A stretch of DNA of 64,000 nucleotides from an uncultured Bacillales bacterium (GTDB taxonomy: Bacteria > Bacillota_I > Bacilli_A > RFN20 > CAG-826): positions 221 through 64,220 of the forward strand of contig CAMYVX010000004.1 in NCBI GenBank assembly GCA_947302535.1. Reading direction: 5' to 3'. Each line of letters begins with the position of its first letter. The first letter of the stretch is position 1. This document shows, piece after piece, positions 9,145 to 18,724 of this stretch. The notes beneath the pieces were generated by a model. That model searched no databases and was not told where the DNA came from. It saw only the letters and a list, made by a program, of their open reading frames with translations. The position numbers and the translations under genes were made by a program.

Positions 9145-9999
9145 ATGAAAAAGTTATCAATTCGCTCACACGCTAAAATTAATATTTGTCTCGACATCAA
9201 AGGAAAGAGGGAAGATGGTTATCATATTCTAGATATGATTATGGTTCCTCTTGAACTTCATGACACGCTTTTGTTATCCGAACTTCCTGCTGGTCATGAC
9301 AACTTTGTTACCATTGATGATTTCTCTATTGCTCCAATTAAATATAACTTAGCAACGTTTGCTATTGATTCGTTGGCGTTTAAATATGGCTTTAAAGACA
9401 AATTCAGAATTACTATTCACAAAGTCATTCCAATGCAAGCTGGTTTAGGTGGTGGTTCATCTAACGCCGCGAACACATTAAAAGGTGTTAATAAATATTT
9501 GAATCTTTCATTGAGTGATGATGAATTAATCGAAGTGGCTAAGAAACTTGGAGCGGATGTTCCATTCTTTATTAAGAATGTTCCCGCAAGGTGTCGTGGT
9601 ATTGGGGATGAGATAGAGCCCATTACCATTAAAAACAATTATTATTGTTTATTAATTAAACCAAATGAAGGATGCGCTACTTCTGACGTATATGCTAAAG
9701 CTGATGAGATTACTCTAATTACCGGAAGTGTTGACGATGTTGTTAAAGCTTTGGAAACTGGCGATGATGAATTATTAGAGAAATCTATATTCAATGTTTT
9801 GCAAGAACCCGCTATCAGTGTTGTTGGTGAGATACAAACCATTATCAATAATTTAAAAAACGACGGGCTTAAGATTGTACAAATGTCTGGATCTGGAAGT
9901 TGTGTCTTCGCTTTAAGCACCGATCTTAAATTATTAAGAAAGATTGCTCGTAAATATGAGGACGATTACTTCGTTGAAGTAACAAGGATATTAAAATAA
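9145..9999 (+). CDS. ispE: 4-diphosphocytidyl-2-C-methyl-D-erythritol kinase (GHMP kinase)
   Basis: N-terminus AKINICLDI plus the GHMP ATP motif PMQAGLGGGSSNAA. Confidence 0.9.
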   Translation: MKKLSIRSHAKINICLDIKGKREDGYHILDMIMVPLELHDTLLLSELPAGHDNFVTIDDFSIAPIKYNLATFAIDSLAFKYGFKDKFRITIHKVIPMQAGLGGGSSNAANTLKGVNKYLNLSLSDDELIEVAKKLGADVPFFIKNVPARCRGIGDEIEPITIKNNYYCLLIKPNEGCATSDVYAKADEITLITGSVDDVVKALETGDDELLEKSIFNVLQEPAISVVGEIQTIINNLKNDGLKIVQMSGSGSCVFALSTDLKLLRKIARKYEDDYFVEVTRILK

Positions 10000-10235
10000 T
10001 GCTTATCGTTGATTGTTTTGGTCATAACATTATCATTAATGATAATATAGTCGGGTATATTAAGGATAACGAGTTAATCATTAACAAGAAAACATTTGCA
10101 ACAATTACTGATGACGGCGTCATCTATTTAGATGGAATAGAACGCGGATTTGTCGATGATGATGGTTCAATCATCATTAATGGCAATGAAGTTGGATATA
10201 TAAATGGAAATAACGATTTTGTATTTTACAAATAG
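9999..10235 (+). CDS. Small hypothetical protein with internal V-G-Y-I repeats
   Basis: 78-aa ORF. Its ATG overlaps the ispE stop by one base (translational coupling). It contains repeated motifs (NIVGYIKDN / GVIYLDG / NEVGYINGN). Confidence 0.5.
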   Translation: MLIVDCFGHNIIINDNIVGYIKDNELIINKKTFATITDDGVIYLDGIERGFVDDDGSIIINGNEVGYINGNNDFVFYK

Positions 10236-10246
10236 GAGGAATAAAT

Positions 10247-11191
10247 ATGGTTGCTATTGGTATTGATATTGGCGGTACTTCAATTAAAGGAGCAGCGGTC
10301 ACACCTGATGGAAAAGTTCTTGATGTCTTTTCTCTACCAGTAGATAAAAACGATAATCAAGATCAAACAATTGATAAACTCATTGTTGTCTTAAAGAATT
10401 ATTTAGCTGAACATCATTACGATAAGAGCAATGTTCTTGGAATTGGTTTAGGCATTCCAGGAAGTATCGATTCTCCAAAAGGTATTGTTTCTTATTCCAA
10501 CAACTTAAAATGGGAAGACCTCCATATTGTTGAAAAAATCGAAAAAGAACTCGGAATTAGGGCAAAAATTACTAATGATGCGAATGCTGCAACATTAGGT
10601 GAAGCCAAATTTGGAGCTGGAAAAGAATATAAGAATTTGTTAATGGTTACCCTTGGAACCGGAGTAGGCGGAGGCATCGTAATTGATGGTAAACTCTACG
10701 AAGGTAACGAAGGTAAAGGAGCAGAAATTGGTCATTCTGTCATTGTGTTAGATGGTAGACCATGTACATGCGGTAGAAAAGGCTGCTTAGAAGCTTATGC
10801 CTCTGCAACCGGATTAATCTATGACACAAAGATTGCTATGGAAGAGCACAAAGATTCTTTAATGTGGAAAGTGGCAGAAAAACTTGGAAAAGTTGATGGT
10901 CGTGTGGCTTTTGAAGCCATGAGACAAAATGATAAATACGCTAAAGATGTAGTTAACAACTACATAAAGTATTTAGGCGAAGGATTGATGAACTTCTTTA
11001 ATGTCCTTAGACCTGACGCGGTTATTTTGTCTGGTGGTATTGCAAACGAAGGCGATTACTTAGTTACTCTTCTTGATAAATATTGTCGTGACCGTAATTT
11101 TGGATATAACTGCACCCCTGAAGTTAAGATTCTTATTTCTAAACTTGGTTACGATTCAGGCAAGATTGGCGCAGCTGCATTGTTCTTCTAA
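10247..11191 (+). CDS. glcK: ROK family glucokinase
   Basis: N-terminal IGIDIGGT ATPase motif, ANDANAA motif, and the ROK zinc motif CTCGRKGCLE. Confidence 0.9.
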   Translation: MVAIGIDIGGTSIKGAAVTPDGKVLDVFSLPVDKNDNQDQTIDKLIVVLKNYLAEHHYDKSNVLGIGLGIPGSIDSPKGIVSYSNNLKWEDLHIVEKIEKELGIRAKITNDANAATLGEAKFGAGKEYKNLLMVTLGTGVGGGIVIDGKLYEGNEGKGAEIGHSVIVLDGRPCTCGRKGCLEAYASATGLIYDTKIAMEEHKDSLMWKVAEKLGKVDGRVAFEAMRQNDKYAKDVVNNYIKYLGEGLMNFFNVLRPDAVILSGGIANEGDYLVTLLDKYCRDRNFGYNCTPEVKILISKLGYDSGKIGAAALFF

Positions 11192-11206
11192 TATTAGGTA
11201 TTAAGT

Positions 11207-12325
11207 ATGGTTTTAAAAAATTTAAAAGTTGTCACAAAAGACACTGTTATAGAGAATGGTTATATTGAAATTGAAAACGGTTTAATCAAATCTATTGGCA
11301 GCAATTACAAAGGAGAAGGGAAAGATTGTTCTGGTCTTATTGCTATGCCTGGATTCATTGATATTCATATTCATGGATCAGCCGGCATTGATTTTATGGA
11401 TGCTAAGGCCAAAGATTATAAAACAATTGCGGACTCTTTATACAAAGAAGGCGTAACAACCTTTTTAGCTACGACATTAACAAGCGATAAAGAATCCTTA
11501 ATGAGAGTTTGCAAAACAGTAGCGGAAGTTAAAGAAAGTATTCCTTCTTTAGGAGGAATTCATTTTGAAGGACCGTATATTAATGAAAAACATAAAGGCG
11601 CTCAAAATGAAAAGTTCATTAGAGATCCTAATTTAGAAGAATTTATGGATTTACAAGAAGCGAGCAACAACAACGTTCGCTATATTTCTTTAGCTCCAGA
11701 AAGAAATGGAGCCCTCCCATTTATTAAAGAGATTACATCTAAGGGTGTCGTTGTTTCTGCAGGACACACGGATGCAACATTTAATGATGTCGAGAAAGCA
11801 ATATCTTGTGGGTTAACTAATACTACCCACACACATAATGCGATGTCTGGACATCACCATCGTAATCCAGGTGTTGTTACCGCTGCATTTTATTTTAATC
11901 AATTATTTACTGAATGTATCTGCGATAAGATTCATGTTTGCCCAGATACATTAAAGACATTCTATAAGATTGTTGGTCCAGATAGATTTATAGTTATTAC
12001 TGACGCTTTAAAGATTAAGAATTCTGATATCCAAGAATTCAAATTGTTTGGTTTAGATTGTGTTAGAAAAAATGGAGCTGCATATTTACTTACTGGTCCA
12101 TTAGCAGGATCTTTGTTAACAATGGATCAAGGCCTAAGAAATGTTAAAGAGATAACTGGGGCTAGTTTAGTTGATTTAGCCAAAATTACATCAAGAAATG
12201 CGGCAAAAAGTATGCATTTCGATGATAGAGGTGAATTACTCGCTGGTAAATTAGCGGATATAGTTCTCCTTGATGATGAGCTTAAAGTTAAAGAAGTTTA
12301 TAAACTTGGAAAGAAGGTATGTTAG
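11207..12325 (+). CDS. nagA: N-acetylglucosamine-6-phosphate deacetylase
   Basis: Metal-binding motif GFIDIHIHG near the N-terminus, amidohydrolase fold, about 372 aa as expected for NagA. Confidence 0.85.
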   Translation: MVLKNLKVVTKDTVIENGYIEIENGLIKSIGSNYKGEGKDCSGLIAMPGFIDIHIHGSAGIDFMDAKAKDYKTIADSLYKEGVTTFLATTLTSDKESLMRVCKTVAEVKESIPSLGGIHFEGPYINEKHKGAQNEKFIRDPNLEEFMDLQEASNNNVRYISLAPERNGALPFIKEITSKGVVVSAGHTDATFNDVEKAISCGLTNTTHTHNAMSGHHHRNPGVVTAAFYFNQLFTECICDKIHVCPDTLKTFYKIVGPDRFIVITDALKIKNSDIQEFKLFGLDCVRKNGAAYLLTGPLAGSLLTMDQGLRNVKEITGASLVDLAKITSRNAAKSMHFDDRGELLAGKLADIVLLDDELKVKEVYKLGKKVC

Positions 12326-13708
12326 ATGAAGAAACCAGTATTAGATGCGAATTTTAAGCCGGCAATTGTCGAATTAAGAAGCTTCTTTTCAGATGTTAGT
12401 AAATGTGACAAAAAACAGCACTTAATTATTGCCATTGAAAGAGCGGAAGGATGTGTTTATCGTCGTGAATTTGATATCTTTGCGGATGGTATTGATGACG
12501 AAAGAAATACATTCATTGCCGAAAGATTTATTAAGTGCATTTTATGGGTTGTTGGAGGATTTAAAATCTTTATCGCTGGCTCCCATGTTGTTTATGAAAA
12601 TATTAAAGATTATTATAGACCAGGTGGGTTAAGAGACTTTGACTATCACTTCATGTCTACTGTCTTTGAAAGACCTATGGAAGTTGTTGAATGTGATTAT
12701 GATAATATTCCAAAAGAAAAGAATCTCCCAGTTTCTATTGGTGGTCATTTAGATGGCAAACGTATTGGCTTTGACGCTGGTGGTAGTGATATTAAAGTTT
12801 CCGCTGTTGTTAATGGAGAGACCATCTATTCTGAAGAAATTGTTTGGTTACCCAAATTACAAGAAGACATTAATTACCATTACGAAAAGATTTATGAAGC
12901 TTTTAAAGTTGGTGTTAATCATTTAGGTGGAGATATTGATGCGATTGGTATTTCTACAGCTGGAGTTTTAGTTAGTAATAAGCCAATGGTCTCGTCTTTA
13001 TTTATTAAAGTTCCTAAAGCTGATTTTGAGGCTGTGAAATACGTTTATATCAACTGTGTTAAACGCTTAAGCGAAGAGTTAGGACACGAAATTCCATTCG
13101 TAGTCGCTAATGATGGTGATGTTACCGCTTTAGCGGGTGCGTTTGATTTAAAAGATAATGGTGTTTTAGGTATATCAATGGGTACGAGCGAAGCTGTTGG
13201 TTATGTTGATAAAAACGGAAATCTTACTGGTTGGTTCTCTGAACTTGCTTTTATGCCTGTTGACTTTGATGTTAATTCAGAAGTTGATGAATGGTCTAAA
13301 GACTTTGGTGTTGGTTGTAAATATTTCTCTCAAGATGCGGTTATCAAATTATTAGATAAAGCAAATATAAAGATTGATCCAAACCTCACTCTTGCTGAGA
13401 AGCTTAAAGCCGTGCAAGCACTTCTTGAGCAAGGCCACGAAGGCGCAGAAAAGATATTTGAAACGATTGGAACTTATTTAGGATATACAATTCCATTCTA
13501 TTGTGAGTTCTATGATATTAAACACATTATAGTTTTAGGAAGAGTTACTTCTGGCCGTGGTGGAGACATCATCTTAGAGACATGTAAGAAGACATTAAAA
13601 GAATGTTTCCCTGAATACGCTCATATCGATATTGGAATGCCAAGTGAATATATGAGGCGTGTTGGCCAATCAGTTGCCGCTGCTTCCTTAGCGGAATCGA
13701 AAAAATAA
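12326..13708 (+). CDS. Atypical ROK/ASKHA-family sugar kinase-like protein with a ~150-aa N-terminal extension
   Basis: 460 aa. It has ASKHA-like motifs (DAGGSDIKV, ANDGDVTALAGAF, GISMGTSEAVGY) but lacks the ROK CxCGxxGC zinc motif. Confidence 0.5.
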   Translation: MKKPVLDANFKPAIVELRSFFSDVSKCDKKQHLIIAIERAEGCVYRREFDIFADGIDDERNTFIAERFIKCILWVVGGFKIFIAGSHVVYENIKDYYRPGGLRDFDYHFMSTVFERPMEVVECDYDNIPKEKNLPVSIGGHLDGKRIGFDAGGSDIKVSAVVNGETIYSEEIVWLPKLQEDINYHYEKIYEAFKVGVNHLGGDIDAIGISTAGVLVSNKPMVSSLFIKVPKADFEAVKYVYINCVKRLSEELGHEIPFVVANDGDVTALAGAFDLKDNGVLGISMGTSEAVGYVDKNGNLTGWFSELAFMPVDFDVNSEVDEWSKDFGVGCKYFSQDAVIKLLDKANIKIDPNLTLAEKLKAVQALLEQGHEGAEKIFETIGTYLGYTIPFYCEFYDIKHIIVLGRVTSGRGGDIILETCKKTLKECFPEYAHIDIGMPSEYMRRVGQSVAAASLAESKK

Positions 13709-13712
13709 AAAA

Positions 13713-13745
13713 ATATGGCGAATTTGACCGCCATATTTTATTTTT
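13713..13745. terminator. Bidirectional intrinsic terminator between the convergent ROK-like gene and nahK
   Basis: ATATGGCG-loop-CGCCATAT hairpin flanked by A-run/T-run. Confidence 0.65.
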
Positions 13746-14823
13746 CTAACACTTTTTTGGTAATTTTATTTAATTCATCAAGATTCTCGATAACATCTTT
13801 TGCTAAGGCTATTTGAGTTCTTGCTCTTAGTAAGTTATGAGCTTTTTTACTAACGTGGAAATAGACATCACCTTTAAGATAATCTTCCAAGAAACGACAC
13901 GCCAACTCAATGGCGATGATATATATGCTCATAGGAAGAAGCTCTTTTTCTCTACGAGTTAAATCATTCTTCATTCTCGACGCATATCCCTCTAAGTAGG
14001 CTTGATAAATTTCCTTGTTCACTTTGAGTTTGCTCAAGTCTTCGCTATCTTCATTATCGCCAGTAAATAATGATCTAAGAGCGTCACCGAAGTCATATAA
14101 GCAACTTCCTGGCATAATGGTGTCTAAATCGATAACGCACTTTACTGAACCATCGTTTTTATCAAACAAGACATTATTAATCTTTGGGTCATTGTGGGTA
14201 ATGCGCATAGGAATGGTCTTATTCTCAATACCTTTAATGATTTGAGAAATACCATCTTTTTGTTTTGTTAAATATTCGACCTCTTCTTTACAAGAATCTA
14301 GACGTCCAAAACTATTCTCTTTAACCGCCTTCATGAGATTTTTATATCTTATAGGGGTGTTATGGAAATCTTTAATGATTTCAAAAATGAGTTTTGGATC
14401 TAATGTTGATAATTTGACATGTAAGTCACCAAACGCTTCACCGGTTTTTTTGACTAATGATAAATCATTGATTTCTTCGTAACACACAGTGTCTTCCACG
14501 AATGTGTACATACGGAAATAATGTAATTTATCAGAATAATAATTCGCTCCATCAAAAGTTTTAACAACTTCCAAAGTCGTAGAACCATGGTTGGCTAAAT
14601 GTTTGGTAACAATATTAATATTTCTCATCAACATCTCAACATCGCCAAAAGCATAGGAGTTAATGATTTGATAGATATAACGATTTTCTGTTGTCTCAAT
14701 CAAAAAAGTTTTGTTAATGTGGCCGTTGCCATACTCCTTAACATTGGTTATTTTTCCGTTGAAGCGGAAGAAGAATATAGATGTTGTAATTAAATGATTT
14801 AATGTCATGACTCGTTCTCGCAA
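13738..14823 (-). CDS. nahK: N-acetylhexosamine 1-kinase-like phosphotransferase (APH/choline kinase fold)
   Basis: Motifs GNGHINKTFL, RITHNDPKINNVLFD and IDLDTIMPGSCLYDFGD closely match, from memory, the Bifidobacterium longum NahK motifs GDGHINTTYL, RVTHNDTKLNNILMD and IDLDTIMPGSMLFDFGD. Confidence 0.75.
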   Translation of the reverse strand: MRERVMTLNHLITTSIFFFRFNGKITNVKEYGNGHINKTFLIETTENRYIYQIINSYAFGDVEMLMRNINIVTKHLANHGSTTLEVVKTFDGANYYSDKLHYFRMYTFVEDTVCYEEINDLSLVKKTGEAFGDLHVKLSTLDPKLIFEIIKDFHNTPIRYKNLMKAVKENSFGRLDSCKEEVEYLTKQKDGISQIIKGIENKTIPMRITHNDPKINNVLFDKNDGSVKCVIDLDTIMPGSCLYDFGDALRSLFTGDNEDSEDLSKLKVNKEIYQAYLEGYASRMKNDLTRREKELLPMSIYIIAIELACRFLEDYLKGDVYFHVSKKAHNLLRARTQIALAKDVIENLDELNKITKKVLEK

Positions 14824-14919
14824 GTGTTTAAATCTTAATAAATATTATTTAATAATGCAAACAAATAAACCAACACATGAATGATTTATGTAAAATATAA
14901 ATATAAAGGAAGTACAAAT

Positions 14920-15819
14920 ATGCAATTAGTAATTTTAGCAGCGGGCATGGGATCACGTTTTGGCGGCCTCAAACAAATGGAACCAATGGATGAAGCCGGG
15001 AATTTCCTTCTTGACTATTCCGTTTATGACGCCAAAAAAGCCGGATTTGATTCTGTTGTCTTTATTATCAAAAAAGAGTTTTATGAAGCTTTCAAAGAAT
15101 CTATTGGAAGGCGTGTCGAAAAGATTATTAAAGTCGAATATGCTTTCCAAGATTTAAATGATTTACCAGAAGGCTTTACTTGCCCAGAAGGAAGAGAAAA
15201 ACCATGGGGAACCGCTCATGCGATTTATGCAGCAAGAAAATTCATTAAAGATGATTTTATCATCATTAACGGTGATGACTTCTATGGTCAAGAAACATAT
15301 AAAGTGGCGTACAACTATTTAGCCTCATTACCAAAAGGCAGTGTTGGTAAATACGCTAATGTGGCCTTCTTAGTGAAGAACACTATGACTGAAAACGGTT
15401 CAGTTAAACGTGGTGTTGTCTTTGCTGATGAAAATAAATTCATGACTACATTAATTGAATCTAATATTGAAAAGGTTAATGGAAAGATTATTGCTACACC
15501 TCTTGAAAAAGGTGAACCATTTGAGATTAAAGAAGATCAATTAGTCTCTATGAACTTATTCGCTTTTAATAAAGATTTAATTGCTCGCTTAGAAGAGAAA
15601 TTCCCACTTTGGTTAAAGGAAAATATTTCTAATCTTAAAGCTGAATTTTTAATCCCAACAGTAGTGGATGAATTAGTCAAAGAGAAAAGAGCAACATTAC
15701 AATTATTAGACACTCCATCAGCTTGGTTTGGTGTCACGTATAAAGAAGATAAACCTGCAGTTGTGAAGGCTCTACAAAACCTTGTTGATAAGGGCGTTTA
15801 CAAAAAAGGATTATATTAA
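14920..15819 (+). CDS. Sugar-1-phosphate nucleotidyltransferase (UDP-HexNAc/UDP-sugar pyrophosphorylase-like)
   Basis: N-terminal LAAGMGSRFGG nucleotidyltransferase motif and a PWGTAHA motif. The start at 14920 is preferred because of the RBS AAAGGAAG at 14905..14912; the ORF track starts earlier at 14881. Confidence 0.7.
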   Translation: MQLVILAAGMGSRFGGLKQMEPMDEAGNFLLDYSVYDAKKAGFDSVVFIIKKEFYEAFKESIGRRVEKIIKVEYAFQDLNDLPEGFTCPEGREKPWGTAHAIYAARKFIKDDFIIINGDDFYGQETYKVAYNYLASLPKGSVGKYANVAFLVKNTMTENGSVKRGVVFADENKFMTTLIESNIEKVNGKIIATPLEKGEPFEIKEDQLVSMNLFAFNKDLIARLEEKFPLWLKENISNLKAEFLIPTVVDELVKEKRATLQLLDTPSAWFGVTYKEDKPAVVKALQNLVDKGVYKKGLY

Positions 15820-15854
15820 AAACTAGTTAAAAACCATTTATTTTAAAGAAAAAA

Positions 15855-15888
15855 GCCTCTAGATTTGAGTTCTAGAGGCCTTTTTTTT
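15855..15888. terminator. Bidirectional intrinsic terminator between the nucleotidyltransferase gene and ppdK
   Basis: GCCTCTAGA-loop-TCTAGAGGC hairpin followed by TTTTTTTT, with an A-run on the other side. Confidence 0.8.
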
Positions 15889-15901
15889 GTTTTAGAATTT
15901 C

Positions 15902-18547
15902 TTATTTCTTTCTTGGGCTTCTGATGGCGGCTTGAGCAGCAGCTAAGCGAGCAACAGGAACTCTGAATGGGGAACAAGAAACGTAATCTAAACCAGCATC
16001 ATGATAGAATTGGATAGAGTTTGGTTCACCACCGGTTTCACCACAAACACCAATATGGAGGTTTGGTCTTGTCGCTCTACCATTCTTGACGGAGAATTTG
16101 ATTAATTGTCCGACACCAGCTTGGTCAAGAGTCTTGAATGGATCTTCTTCTAAGATCTTATTCTTGTAGTAGTCTGGTAAGAATTTGCTAGCATCATCAC
16201 GGCTGAAACCAAAGGTTAATTGGGTTAAGTCGTTGGTTCCGAAGGAGAAGAATTCTGCTTCTTTGGCAAGTTCATCAGATAATAAAGCGGCACGTGGAAT
16301 TTCAATCATGGTACCAACATGATATTTCATGTTAACGCCAGCTTCTTTAATTAACTTATCAGCAGTTTCGGTAACGATAGCTTTGACGAATTTAAGTTCT
16401 CTTAACTCTAAGGTTAATGGAATCATAATTTCAGGTTCAATCTTGATACCTTTTCTCTTGCTGACTGCTAAAGCAGCTTTAATAATAGCGTTTGTTTGCA
16501 TGACAGCGATTTCTGGATAGGAAACGTCAAGACGGCATCCACGGTGACCCATCATTGGGTTGAATTCGTGGAGGTCAGCAATACGTTTGTTGATGAATTC
16601 AACAGTGTGTCCAGTAGCTTTTGCTAATTCAGCAATCTTATCTTCTTCTTGTGGTAAGAATTCATGTAGTGGTGGGTCGAGTAAACGAACGTTAACACTT
16701 AATTCGCCCATTTCTTCAAATAAACCTTCGAAGTCTTTTTGTTGTAATGGTTCGATTTCTGCTAAAGCAGCGACTCTTTCTTCTTTAGTTTCAGCAAGAA
16801 TCATCTTTCTGAAGGAGAAGATTTTGTCTTTATCGAAGAACATATGTTCTGTACGGCATAAACCAATACCTTGAGCACCGAAGACTTTAGCTTGGTGAGC
16901 ATCTCTTGGTGTATCAGCGTTAGCTCTGACTTTTAAATCTCTTCTTTCATCAACCCACGCCATTAAGCGGCCGAAGTTACCACTGGAGAGATCTGGTGCT
17001 ACTTTCTTAATGTCACCAACATAGACAGAACCTGTAGAACCATCTAAGGATAAGACGTCTTGATCGGTGTAGACTTTACCATCAATGGTTAAAGTTCTCT
17101 TTTCTTCATCAATGAGAGCAGCAGCGCAACCTGTGATACAACATTTACCCATACCACGAGCGACAACGGCTGCGTGTGATGTCATACCACCGCGCATTGT
17201 GAGAATACCTTGGCAAGCAATCATACCAGCAAGATCTTCTGGAGATGTTTCGGCACGGACTAAGACAACCTTTTCACCAGCGGCATTACGTTTTTCTGCT
17301 TCTTCAGCAGTGAAAGCGATTTTACCTGTACCAGCGCCTGGGCCAGCAGGATTGCCTTTGGCAATTAAACGATTTTTAGCAGCGGCTAATTCGTCTTTAT
17401 CAAAGTTAGGTAATAATAATTTATCGAAGGAGACTGGATCAATTCTTAAGACAGCTTCGTCTTCAGTAATTAAACCTTCATCAACCATGTCACAAGCCAT
17501 CTTTAAGGCTGCGGCAGGAGTACGTTTTCCAGAACGTGTTTGTAAGAAGTATAATTTTCCTTCTTCAACAGTGAATTCCATATCTTGCATATCGCGATAG
17601 TGGAGTTCCATTGTCTTAATGGTTTTTTCAAATTGAGCGTAGACATATGGCATACGTCTTTTGAGTTCGTCAATGTGAAGTGGTGTACGAATACCAGCGA
17701 CGACGTCTTCACCTTGAGCGTTTGGTAAATATTCAGCAGAGATGGCTTTTTCACCAGTAGCAGCGTTACGAGAGAAGGCAACACCTGTACCGGAAGTTTC
17801 ACCTTTGTTACCAAAGGCCATAGATTGAACGTTAACAGCAGTACCCCAAGAATATGGGATAGAGTATTGCATACGGTAAATGTTAGCACGTGGGTTGTCC
17901 CAGCTTCTAAAGACCGCGGCAACAGCTTCCATTAATTGGACTTTTGGATCACTTGGGAAATCTTCACCAAATGTCTTCTTGTAGTATTCTTTGTAACGAG
18001 CAACTAAATCTCTTAATTGTTCGGTTGTGACTTCAGTATCTAACTTATAGCCATTCTTTTCTTTTAATTCATCGAGCATTTTATCCATAGCATCACGTGG
18101 GTGACCTTTGGCAATGTTTGTGAACATTAAGATGAAACGACGATAAGAGTCTAAAGCGAATCTTTCATTATTTGTTTCTCTTGCTAAAGCAGCACAAGTA
18201 ACATCATTTAAACCTAAGTTTAAAATGGTATCCATCATACCAGGCATACTCACACGAGCGCCAGAACGGACGGACACTAAGAGTGGTTTCTTATCTCCTC
18301 CAAACGCTTTTCCGGTTTTCTTTTCGATACCTTTAATAGCGTCAAAAATTTGTTTTTGAACAAATTCTGGAATGGCTTTTCCACTTTCATAATAAAGAGT
18401 ACAAGCTTCGGTAGTAATGGTGAATCCTTCTGGAACAGGAACACCAATGGATGTCATTTCCGCCAAGCCTGCACCTTTACCGCCAAGAAGTTCTTTGCCT
18501 AAGCCATGAGCTTCTTCAAAGGCGTAAACATATTTTTTTTCAGCCAT
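15902..18547 (-). CDS. ppdK: Pyruvate, phosphate dikinase
   Basis: 880 to 888 aa with PEP-utilising enzyme motifs (GGMTSHAAVVARGMG, GTNDLTQ). Preferred start is MAEKKYVY (complement of 18545..18547), which has the RBS AGGAGG about 6 nt upstream. The track start at 18568 has no RBS. Confidence 0.95.
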   Translation of the reverse strand: MAEKKYVYAFEEAHGLGKELLGGKGAGLAEMTSIGVPVPEGFTITTEACTLYYESGKAIPEFVQKQIFDAIKGIEKKTGKAFGGDKKPLLVSVRSGARVSMPGMMDTILNLGLNDVTCAALARETNNERFALDSYRRFILMFTNIAKGHPRDAMDKMLDELKEKNGYKLDTEVTTEQLRDLVARYKEYYKKTFGEDFPSDPKVQLMEAVAAVFRSWDNPRANIYRMQYSIPYSWGTAVNVQSMAFGNKGETSGTGVAFSRNAATGEKAISAEYLPNAQGEDVVAGIRTPLHIDELKRRMPYVYAQFEKTIKTMELHYRDMQDMEFTVEEGKLYFLQTRSGKRTPAAALKMACDMVDEGLITEDEAVLRIDPVSFDKLLLPNFDKDELAAAKNRLIAKGNPAGPGAGTGKIAFTAEEAEKRNAAGEKVVLVRAETSPEDLAGMIACQGILTMRGGMTSHAAVVARGMGKCCITGCAAALIDEEKRTLTIDGKVYTDQDVLSLDGSTGSVYVGDIKKVAPDLSSGNFGRLMAWVDERRDLKVRANADTPRDAHQAKVFGAQGIGLCRTEHMFFDKDKIFSFRKMILAETKEERVAALAEIEPLQQKDFEGLFEEMGELSVNVRLLDPPLHEFLPQEEDKIAELAKATGHTVEFINKRIADLHEFNPMMGHRGCRLDVSYPEIAVMQTNAIIKAALAVSKRKGIKIEPEIMIPLTLELRELKFVKAIVTETADKLIKEAGVNMKYHVGTMIEIPRAALLSDELAKEAEFFSFGTNDLTQLTFGFSRDDASKFLPDYYKNKILEEDPFKTLDQAGVGQLIKFSVKNGRATRPNLHIGVCGETGGEPNSIQFYHDAGLDYVSCSPFRVPVARLAAAQAAIRSPRKK

Positions 18548-18724
18548 AATTTTCCTCCTATTAGGCATTATTCGAGATGATTACATCTCCTCAACATTTT
18601 TATGCTACCATATCTTGAAGTAAATCAGTAATAAAATTCTTTAAATTTTAAACAGAAAAACAACTAGCAATGAAATAAATGTAGAAAAAAGAGAATAAAA
18701 ATTGTGTAAAATTAATAGGTAATT

